From the human T2T-CHM13v2.0 reference genome, Homo sapiens: a stretch of 64,000 bases of DNA. Positions 13,421 to 24,750 of the stretch are shown one piece after another (position 1 is the stretch's first letter; every line of letters starts with the position of its first letter). Below the pieces are notes generated by a model that ran no database searches, had not been told where the DNA came from, and saw only the letters and a program-made list of their open reading frames with translations. The position numbers and the translations under genes are program-made. The stretch lies in NCBI RefSeq assembly GCF_009914755.1, contig NC_060937.1. One strand, 5' to 3'.

Positions 13421-13507
13421 GTGCAGGCTCTAATCAGGAGGAGAAACACACGATGGTCTCCACTGCCAGTGAAGCCCTCAGAAACAAACAGTTGCCTATT
13501 CTGCTGA

Positions 13508-13885
<378 letters not shown>

Positions 13886-15793
13886 CACTCTTTTCTTTTC
13901 TGAGAGACAATCACTCATTTAGGACCCCTTCCCTCAGGAGAAACTGTTCCCTCCTTCTGGGATAACATTCCTTAGGCCAGTATGTTTAAGGCTCAATAAC
14001 AAGTTCCTTGCTGCAGGACTGACATTCCTAGATTATCTTGCACATACTTTCCAATATGGGTTGAAAAGCTTGGGATTCTATTGTTCTTTAGTAGACGACA
14101 CATTTTCTATAAGCCACAGAGCTCAGATCTCAGCAGGACCAATCATGCTTCTGTCCTGAGCACCCGAGGACTCCTCAGTTTGACGTCAGGTAAGAATGGA
14201 TCCCAGAACGGGATCCAAACCTGGAGGAATTTCTGAATTTCCTTGCTCCTCAGCTATAAATTTAATACCTGTTAACTCAGAACCCTTGAAAAGGTCTAAA
14301 ACGGACTTGATTTTTTTCTTACAGCTCCTCAAACCAAGGAGAGAGGTGAAGCATCTCACCTCTGAATTATAACTGGCTGTTCAGAGAGAAGGAATACAGG
14401 GTTACATTACTATCACTAGGTCTGCATAGATCTATTTTGCCCCAAAGAGTATCTTAAGAACTTTCTTAAACATGGTCCAAAAATTACAATATGCAAATTC
14501 AACATGTTAAAAATATAATTTGTCTTCAGGCAAGACAACAACTAAACCATTATTGAAGACCTCCAGAGAAGAGTTCACCATCTCCTTCAATAAGTAGTTT
14601 CAGCATTTCATAGCCTTACCATTAGCCAACTTTTCAATCTAACTTCAATCCTGCTTCCTGGTGTTTATGTTGGGGAATATCCTTCTATGAAGCAATTTTA
14701 AAGTTAGAGTGTTACTCATTAACCCAGGTATGACTGCCAGTGATTAACGACACACAGAAATAGCTAAAGCTTGATGGTTTCAAAAATATGATTCCACTAC
14801 TCACATCTTCTACAGCCAAAGACATAGATAGCCACAAGATATTATTGTAATGTACTGAGGAGACCAATCTGGCTCTCAGATCCAACCATGAGACCTAACT
14901 CCAACTTCATACTAATCTCAGCTCAGCCAGCATGTTTCAGAGAAGCAATCTCTACGTTACCGTATAGAATACAGTGTTCCTTACTTTATGAATCCCTCAG
15001 TGTGGTGGTGAGATGCTTACACATGCCAACTCTTTGAAGCTCAACAGAGCACTGTGTGCATGGTTATTTAGCACAGAGTCACCAGAATTTCTCCTGGGAA
15101 GCCTTTGGAATTAGAGTCCAGCTCACTATTTGTTTTCAGTTCATCTAAATGGGCCTGTGCAAGGAATATTATTCTGTTTGCTTCAAAGTACCCTGGTGTA
15201 AACCAGGATAGCATCATCAGCCGGTTGTTTTCACAGTGAGAATATGCTTAGCTGGTGTTCTTCACAAAATTCTGAAAGAATTAATATCTATAAACCAGCA
15301 TTGCAGTGTTCAGCAACCATCCTATTGGCAAATAAATACCACTTGTAATGTTTGGTTCTACAGCTGTAATAACAGGGGCATTTTTATATCAATGTATTTA
15401 TAAGGGAGTCTTTGCATATTTCCATGCAACTCTGCAAGCAAGAAAATTGCACAAACCCTTTCAGTAGGTGCTAAATACCATCAACATGTGAATCATCTTT
15501 AAATCATTTCCTTAACAGTAGTACGTTTTGAATGCTACAAATTACTTGGCTAAAAGACACAAGGAGCAAGGCAGCCAGCATACTGGTAAACTTACAAACT
15601 CAAAAGAAGTCAGTGTGACTGTCACTTCATATATGCTCAGCAGGGGGATGCTTACACTTATTTCTGGGGTAAAATTACAGGTCGAAGTTGACAGGACTGC
15701 TTATTGAGAAGGCTCCTCAAACCAGAGAGTCCAATATTCCTCTGCAGGAGCAGGCCTGTTCAGATGGTCTCTCCCCACCCTACCACTCATCAT

Positions 15794-16615
15794 GGTTGGC
15801 ATAGACAGAATAACGCTCCCCAAAATGTGGCCTAAGCCACAGAACCCTTGGATATGTTCTTACAGGAAGAAGAGACTTTGCAGATGGAATTAAGGGAAGA
15901 ATTTTGAGAAGGGAAGAATATCCTCAATTACCCAGGTGAACCCAATGTAATTACAAAGGTTCTTTAAAAAGAAGGAAGGAGATCAAAGTCAGGTGAGCTG
16001 TGACAATGGAAGCAGTGGTTGGACTGATGAGAGGAAGGGGCCATGAGCCAAGTGATGCGGGCGGCCTGTGATGCTGGAAAAGGCGAGGAAACAGTGTTTC
16101 CCTGGAGCCTCCAGAGAAAGCACAGCCCTGCTGACACTTTGATCTTAGTCCACTGAGACTTCTGACTTCCAGAACTGATATGGTTTGGCTGTGTCCCCAT
16201 GCACATCTTGAACTGTAGCTCCCATAATTCCCATGTGTCATTGGAGGGACCCAGTGGGAGGTAACTGAATCATGAGGGTGGGTATTTTCCATGCTGTTCT
16301 CATGATAAAGTCTCAGGAGATCTGATGGTTTTATAAAGCGGAGTTCCCCTGCACATGCTCTCTCTCTTGCCTGCTGCCATGTAAGATGTGACTTTGCTCC
16401 TCATTCGCCTTCCACTGTGATTGTGAGGCCTCCTCAGCCATGTGGAACTGTGAATCAATTAAACCTCTTTCCTTTATAAATTACCCAGTCTCAGATATGT
16501 CTTTATTAGCAACATGAGAACAGACTAATACAAGAACTGCAAGGCAATAAGTTTGCATTTTTTAAGCCACTAAGTGTATGATAATGTATTACAGCAGCAA
16601 CAGGAAGGTAATACA
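15794..16615 (+). mobile_element. MLT1D-like MaLR solo LTR, split by THE1
   Basis: cagaataac ... gactttgcagatg ... gccatgagccaag ... cagcagcaacaggaaggtaataca. Confidence 0.88.
16176..16532 (+). mobile_element. THE1C-like MaLR solo LTR nested in MLT1D
   Basis: tgatatggtttggctgtgtcccc ... cagactaataca; perfect TSD agaac (16171-16175 / 16533-16537). Confidence 0.95.
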
Positions 16616-16675
16616 ATTGGTAAGATGAAGTGCTCACAGAATAAAAACACAAACTGGACATTCATACAGACAGAG

Positions 16676-16721
16676 ACCGGAATAGTGTCTTTTTCAGAAC
16701 CGGAATAGTGTCTTTTTCAGA
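16676..16721. repeat. Perfect 23-bp tandem duplication
   Basis: accggaatagtgtctttttcaga, two copies. Confidence 0.97.
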
Positions 16722-17023
16722 AAATTAAAAGTTATCACATGACCTAACTTTTATTTCCATGTTTTCACTTTTCTTCCTTGTGTTCAGCTAACTCAGTGTT
16801 CTGTGATCTTAGACCTACCCACATTATCTAAGATGACGATTTGCCCATCTTCTCACACTCCACAAACAGGAGGCAGTAACACAAAATTTTATTCAATGTC
16901 AATTTATTAAAGTTGCATTAAAATTTCCCAATGGACCACGTTAAAATCTTCCACTTATCCAATAACTTTAAAATGCTAAAAGACACCTCCCTTCCCCATT
17001 AAAAGGAGCAGTATAGTTTAGAG

Positions 17024-17279
17024 TAGGGGGAGGCAAACTGTAGTCTACAGGCCACATCTCCTTGTTTTTATAAATGAAATTTTATTGAAGCACAGCTGCC
17101 CCACTCATTTCCATGCAGTCTATGACTGCTTTCATGCTACAAGCACAAAGCTGAGTAATTGTGACAGAGACACTGTGATACATCAGTACCTGTACAACAG
17201 CCTTTATTTTGCCTTACAGACAACAAAGCCCATAATATTTACTATCAGGCACTTTACAGAAAAAGTTGCCTGACTCCTA
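17024..17279 (-). mobile_element. MER58A inserted in a MIR (MIR spans ~17005-17430, +)
   Basis: tagggggaggcaaact ... tttactatcaggcactttacagaaaaagttgcctgactcc; MIR core (cctcacttttccctatttgtaaaatggag) follows. Confidence 0.8.
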
Positions 17280-18007
17280 CATCATAGGACTAATTTTGGA
17301 GTCAGACATAAAATCTAGTAACAACTCAACCACTTATGAGCTATGCTATCTGGCCAAAGTTTTTCTTTGTGGTGAGCCTCACTTTTCCCTATTTGTAAAA
17401 TGGAGATATGAGCACCTACCTTCAAGAAGATTGAAGCCTAGAACTTAGTACATGGAACATCTGTCAAAATAGAACAAATATTTCCTCATTTATATCTTCT
17501 CACATATTATCTTGCAATTCTGTTAAATATTAAATGCCATCAAAAATTAGTTTACAAAACATAAAGGTACATAACAGATGAGTGTTTCTAATAATAACAT
17601 GCTAGGCAGTAGATGCTCAATAAACATTTTTTGAATGAATAGTCTGAATTTTCAAGCCATGAAATGAAATCATGCAAATATTAAATTATGTTGCGACATT
17701 AAAAGTCATCTGCCCTAGATCTTCACCCGGCAATATCAACATTCAGGAACTCGTCCAGTATCAGCAAATAACAATCTATCAGTAAGTATCAACATTCAGC
17801 AATATAACCCAGCAATAGCAACTTTCAGAAACTCCTCCAGGATCAGCAAGAAACTCTTGATAATGAACGGCAACAGACTGCAGTAATGTCAAGGGTCAGG
17901 AACTTTCTTAGGCAGATCATCTGAGAGAGTTGCAGGGATAACTGAAGGCATTAACTGCCCTACATGAAGTAGCACTATACACCAGCAATTTCTTCATGAT
18001 TTATTTA

Positions 18008-18250
18008 TAGATGCCCCTCAACTTACAATAGGGTCATGCCTGATAAATACACAAATACATTGTAAGCTAAAAATATTGTATATTGGTTTCAACTTACAAT
18101 ATGCTCAATGTATAATGGGTTTGTCAGAACATGACCCCATTGTAATTGAAGACATACTGAATGCGTATTGCTGTGGCCCCGTCATAAAGTCAGAAAATCA
18201 TTAAGTCGAACTGTCTTAAGTCGAACCATGTAAAGTCAGGGACCAACTGT
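18008..18250. mobile_element. MER47/Tigger5-type Tc1-mariner MITE
   Basis: agatgcccctcaacttacaat ... repeated taagtcgaac subterminal motifs ... agtcagggaccaactg. Confidence 0.75.
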
Positions 18251-18519
18251 GTATCATTTTAAGAAAGCACAGAGTGTTCATGAGTGAGAAGGCTAATTAT
18301 GCCAACATTATATGGGGAAGGCAACCATTTCATTTTAATTCCAAGAAATCACTTATTGAATTTTTTAATACTGAAATGTGGCCTGATTGGTAAAAACTGT
18401 TTTTTCTCAATTAGAAATTTTTTCAGATTGATTGGGCATTAACCATGACTCTTTCCAATGTTTAATTGCAATGTTATCATTTTCTGGGCATGCCCTTGAT
18501 CATCGCTGGTGAATAGGGT

Positions 18520-18705
18520 CACTTGGGCTTGCAGTCAGAACATCGCAGTCTAAAATTCATTCCTTAACTGTCTACTGTAGTTGCCTTAGGCAAGTCCCTA
18601 CATTTTCTTAAATTTCAACTTTTTCATCTGCGAAATGGAGCTAAAATACTTAAATCTTGGAATTGTTGTAAATGCGGTAGTGTATATTAAAACATTGATA
18701 AAGCA
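18520..18705 (+). mobile_element. MIR
   Basis: ccttaggcaagtc ... ttcatctgcgaaatggag core. Confidence 0.65.
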
Positions 18706-18798
18706 CTGTTTTGCATGTCTACTATTAGAATAATTTTATGGTGGAAATTAAATGAGGGAAAAATCAAATACACTCTGTAAACTCTAAAGGTCAACTCA

Positions 18799-20103
18799 AA
18801 AGAGGTTTCAAAACGTTCGTGAAAAATGAAATTAAAAGATTAAAATATAAAATATAAACACAACATATGCTCCATCAAGTTCAAGACACCTCTGTAAGTG
18901 CTGATACCAGCCATTTAGTCCATCCCTAAAGAACTGAGGATCTTGGGAATTTAACCATGTCAATGCAGTCTTAGTTACACTATTACCTGAAGAAAAATAG
19001 GTGTCCTTCACAGATTTTTTTAAGATTAAGAAACAAAAAGAAGTCAGAAGGAGCCAAATCAGGATTGTAAAATGAATGCCTAATGATTTCCCATGGAAAC
19101 TCCTGCAAAATGGCCCTTGTTTTTGAAGCCATTTTGGCCTCAAAGAGAGGAATGAGCAGGAACATTGTCTGGATGGAAAAAGACTCTTTGGTGAAGCTTT
19201 CTCAGGCATTTTTCTGCCAAAGCTTTGGCTAACCTTCTCAAAACACTCTCATAGTAGGCAGTTGTCATCTTTCTTTGTCCCACCAGAAAGTCGACAAGCA
19301 AAATGCTTTGACCATCCCAAAAAACCGTTTCTGTGACCTTTGCTCTTGACCAGTTTGATTTGGCTTTGATTGGGCCACTTCCACCTCTCAGTAGTCATTC
19401 CTTTGATTGTTCTTTGTCTTCGGGATTGTACTGCTAAAGCCATGTTTCATCTTCTGTTACAGTTCTTTAAAGAAATGCATCAGGACCTTGATCCTGCTTG
19501 TTTAAAATTTCCACTGAAAGCTCTGCTCTTCTCTGCAGTTGATCTAGGCATAATGGTTTTGGCACCCATCAAATGGAGAGTTTGTTCAACTTTAATTTTC
19601 ATTCAGAATTGTGTAAGCCAAAACAATTGAGATGTCTGTGGTATTGGCTATTGTTTCTGCTGTTAATTATTGGTCCTCTTCAATTAGGGAACAAATGAGA
19701 ACTTTTTCCTCACAAATTGAAGTGAGTGGTCTGCCACTGGGGACTTCAACTTCAACATCATCTTTTCCCCTCTTAAAATGAGTTATCCATTTATAAACTG
19801 ATGTTTGCGGGGGGGAGGTCATTGTCTTTATCAACTTTTTATGAAGCATTAGTGATGTCACCAATCTTCCATATAAGTCTCACCATAAATTTGATGTTTG
19901 TTCTTGCTTCAATTTTAGCAGAACTCATGTTGCTCTGATAGGGGCTCTTTTCAAACTGATATCCTTCCTAGTGCACCAAACTAGTTCCTCTTCAGACATA
20001 GTATAACAACTTAGAACAAGTTTATTTTGGTGCCAAAAAATTGAAATCCATGCACAGTTTTTTCATAATACACATTTTCCACAAACTTTTTGAAGATGCC
20101 CCA
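18799..20103 (-). mobile_element. HSMAR2 mariner DNA transposon, near full length (~1.3 kb), transposase disrupted
   Basis: Degenerate TIRs at both ends (ttcaaaacgttcgtgaaaaatg / cattttccacaaactttttgaaga). Minus-strand transposase pieces: ATG at 19928 (MSSAKIEARTNIKFMV), VYKWITHFKRG..SGRP, WVPKP, TEDETW, HPDNVPAH, YNPDLAPSDFFLF and C-terminal DPQFFRDGLNGWY..CLELDGAYV. Stops and frameshifts lie between them. Confidence 0.95.
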
Positions 20104-20415
20104 TATAAACATTAGCCATTTGTATGTAGCAGTATATAGAGTAGAAGTGATAATACTTTAATGTGAGTCAAAAAGTCATATTAGAAGTCATCTGATTGTC
20201 ATAGTTCATAGAAGCATTTCTCATATGAGATGAAAACTAGGAAAAAACCCAGAGACTCATCAACTGGTTAAGTGGATAGATCAGTGTGGGATAGTCACAC
20301 TATGGAATGCAACTCAACAATATAAAGGGATAAAGGGCTAATAATACATGCAATAGCAGGAATAAAGATCCTAAACATTACGCTAAAGTGAATGAAATTG
20401 AACACAGAAATGTTG

Positions 20416-20779
20416 TATGATAGGTAATTTCATGTGTCAACTTGACTAGGCTATGGTGCCTGGTTGTTTGGTCAAACACCCATCTAAATGTTTCTGTGAA
20501 AAATTCTTTATAGATATGATTCACATTTCAATCAGTAGACTTAGAATGAAGAAGATTGCCATCCATAATGTGGGAAGAGTCAGCCAAACATTTGAAGGCC
20601 TTAAGAGAAAAGAATGAGGTCCTCCAAAAAAGCAGGAATACTGCTTCCACCTGCCTTTGGTTTCAGAAGTGCACTGTACCATGAATACCTGCCAGAATTT
20701 CCAGCCTGTTGGTCTACCCTGTGGATTTCGGACTTGCCAGCCACCATCAAATAACTCTATTCCTTAAAATATACATATG

Positions 20780-20827
<48 letters not shown>

Positions 20828-20997
20828 TATATACATATATACATATATATACACACATATATACATATATACATATATGTACATATATATATACATATAT
20901 ACATATATGTACATATATATATACATATATACATATATGTACATATATATATACCCACACATTTTGTCTTAATTCTCTAAGAACCCTGAATAATACA
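20416..20997 (+). mobile_element. MLT2D-like ERVL solo LTR
   Basis: aatttcatgtgtcaacttgactaggcta ... gatttcggacttgccagcc ... gaaccctgaataataca, with the internal microsatellite typical of MLT2. Confidence 0.88.
20769..20954. repeat. (AT)n/(AC)n compound repeat with a 30-bp higher-order unit
   Basis: An (AT) run followed by about 4.5 copies of acatatatatatacatatatacatatatgt from 20821. Confidence 0.97.
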
Positions 20998-22214
20998 GGC
21001 TATATATTGTATAATTTCATTTACATGAAATTCTAAAAAAAAAGGAGATTAGCAGTGACAGAAAGCATATCAGTGGTTCCCTGAGGCAAGGGCAGGAGAA
21101 ACTTTCTAGGATAATGGAAATGTTCCATGTGTTTGTTGTGGTGAGGATTAACTGACTGTATCAGTCACCAAAATTTATCAAACTGTACATGTATATGCAT
21201 GCTTAAAATGAATCAATTTTATTGTATTTTAAATTAGCACAATAAAAGTTGGGAGGAGGAAGTCACACTACAAACCATATAGCAATCTCTAATATGATTC
21301 TCTTACACATCATGGAAAAACTTAACTGAAAGTTATTTTGCAGGTAAGTTTATTTTTTCATGAATATGGTAATACTGGAGTTCACTGAATTGGGATTATT
21401 GATATTTATCGAACGTGCTCAAGGTGAGCAAGCACTGACTAATGTATCTGTCAGGCAGAACCAAGAGTAACTCACATATTTATTATTATGAACAAGTTAA
21501 TTAAAGTCATAATACTAATAAATTATAGCCACTAAGACCATTATTGTATTCATTTCTGATTTATATACAGTCCCTCTCTTGAGTAAATGGGAATTTTTAT
21601 GTGGCTATAAAAACTTAATAACTAATGCATCAATTCATAGTAAACATCATTCAAAGGCAACTGTGACGAAATTTAGTCCCTAAAATATCAGGGAAGGGCA
21701 ATAATATCAAAAATAAAAGTGTTTATAACTTCAAACATAGCAACTGCATTATCAGTTCTGACACAATTCCTTTCATCTGTGGCTCTGAAAGCATTTTACA
21801 GCAGTTCACAAGTTATCATCAAGAAATCATACACTCAGGACAAAGTATTTGACGAATGTATTAGAGCAGCGAATAAACAGCCCTAAGCCTTTGCTCAGGA
21901 GTTTCACCTCTGCTCCCTCAAATGACCTTTTGTCTCAACAATTCCACGAGAAACAAATTGATCTACCCTTAGCTTGCCCTCATGTTTCCTAGATATGAGT
22001 CAACTAGCAAAATCTCTAAGTGCTACCATGAATAATATTGCAAGAAAACATGATCACCCTGTGACTCAAGACACTGCGGGTCTTTCTGCTATCAATACAG
22101 GGAAGCCCATCTAAAGCTATTAAATAGTTCATTATTACTATTGAGGTTTACTCAGAACATAAGAAAATACCAGAAATAGGGAACAAACTCCATGTCTAAA
22201 AACGTCCAGCTACG

Positions 22215-22450
22215 GGCAATATAGAATGATGGGGAACACACAGGTTTTAGAGACACATTTTGATTGTAACACCAATTTTGGCACTTTCAATCTGTAGAGT
22301 TCTAGATTCTTTCATCTTTCTGAAACACAGCCTCCTAATCTGTAAAATAAGAATGATTATACCCACCATTCATGACTGTTCTAATGTTCAAATAACGTTT
22401 GTAAAGGCTCTCTTCTAATACCCAACATACTGCAAGATCTCAATAATAAT
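22215..22450 (+). mobile_element. MIR
   Basis: cctcctaatctgtaaaataagaatgattata ... ctcaataata. Confidence 0.6.
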
Positions 22451-22452
22451 GA

Positions 22453-23248
<796 letters not shown>

Positions 23249-23376
23249 TTTTCTAAAAAGCTAAATTAGAAAATTGGGGCTGGTATTTGATTCCTGACAC
23301 AACTTCTGTTCTCCTAAAACAGTGGACTTACACCTTATAGATCCTAACAGGTTCCTATTAAAGTCACTGGAATATT

Positions 23377-23741
23377 GGCTGGGCGTGGTGGCTCACACCT
23401 CTAATCCCAGCACTTTGGGAGGCCGACACGGGTGAGTTTCTTGAGGCCAGGAGTTCGAGACTGGCCTGGCCAACAAGGTGAAACCTCATTTCTACTAAAA
23501 ATACAAAAATCAGTCTGATATGGTGGCATGGATCTATAATTCCAGCTGCTTGGGAGGCTGAGGCATGAGAATCACTTGAACTCGGGAGGTAGAGGTTTCA
23601 GTGAGCTGAGACGGCACCATTGCACTCCAGCCTGGGCGACAGAGTGAGACTCTGTCTATAAACAAAATAATACAATAAAATAAAACAAAACACCAGTGAC
23701 CTAAATCTACACCAAACCCACAATTAAAATAAATAAATAAG
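23377..23741 (+). mobile_element. AluSz-like, with extra non-Alu sequence inside its TSDs
   Basis: Alu body 23377-23657 plus A-rich tail; TSD taaagtca(c/t)tggaatatt at 23359-23376 and 23742-23759. Confidence 0.93.
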
Positions 23742-24432
23742 TAAAGTCATTGGAATATTGAACCAACTTTATATGGAGTTGTGCCAGAGAATGCTCTTTC
23801 CTCTGAAGGAGGCCAACATGAATCTCCTCAAGTGCAGGGCTTTATTTTACATATAGAACCAACCATCTCACACGCCTCTCAACACCGGTTCCCCAACATG
23901 CCAATTTAAACTTTCATTTTCAAAGACACTAAATCAATAGATGCCCACTGAGCTTGTGACTGAACTAACTCCTAATAGAAGAAAACTTAAAAGGGTTGAC
24001 AGGTGTCAATAGGTGCTGATTGACTTTTAAGAGATATATTAAAAAATGAGGGTGCCAATTTATTTTCTCTGCCAGTGACAAATAAGTTTCAATTCCCTTA
24101 CAATACAGTTGCATCCCTTTCATACACCTCTTTGATTGTTCAGGGTTTCTGTACCTCTCTCTTCTTCTGCTATTCTTTTTCTCTAGAACATCATAACTTC
24201 CCCATTGGATAAGAGTTATGTCTTTATCTTCTGCACTGAAGCCCACTTCTTGGAACTAAACAACATACCATGAGTTAACTTACTTATCTGGCAATATCTA
24301 TTATGTTAAGTGTGAGAGCAAATCAAAATATTAAAAGTCTTCTTTATAAAGATAGTAAGTCACCTGGTGAAGGTTATATCTAAAACTATGCATAATAATG
24401 CGTGAATGTGACTCATATTAACATTTATAAAT

Positions 24433-24750
24433 TTCTACCCTCTGAATGCCTATGTCTCCCCGAAATTTATAGGTTGGAATTCTAACCCTAAAGGTGATGG
24501 TATTAAGAAGTGATTAGGTCATGAGGGCAGAGTCCTCAGAAAGCTCCTTTGTCCCTTACACCAGGCCCCGAGGACTCCGCAAGAATGCACTTTCTACAAA
24601 CCAGGAAGCAGGCCCTCGCCAGACACTAAATCTGCTGGCACCTTGATTTTGGAGTTCCCAGCCTCTAGAACTATAAAAAATAAATTTCTATTGTTTATAA
24701 GCCACCCAATTTATGGTGTTTTGTTACAGCATCCCAAACAGACTAAGATA
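24433..24750 (+). mobile_element. MLT1A0-like MaLR solo LTR
   Basis: gattaggtcatgagggcagag ... aaatctgctggcaccttga ... cagactaagata; perfect TSD taaat. Confidence 0.9.

Larger units (their letters stand above)
20190..21250 (+). mobile_element. Old L1M 3' UTR, split by MLT2
   Basis: catcaactggttaagtggataga ... atggaatgcaactcaacaat; resumes after 20997 with atcagtggttccct ... aaactgtaca ... aataaaagtt. Confidence 0.75.

Noticed and set aside
17725-17849. CRISPR-like repeat-spacer-repeat
   Set aside because: Only two degenerate copies, a spacer related to the repeat, eukaryotic context and no cas genes.
20709-20980. Five overlapping YI/YM-rich ORFs
   Set aside because: Translation of a stop-free TA/CA microsatellite.
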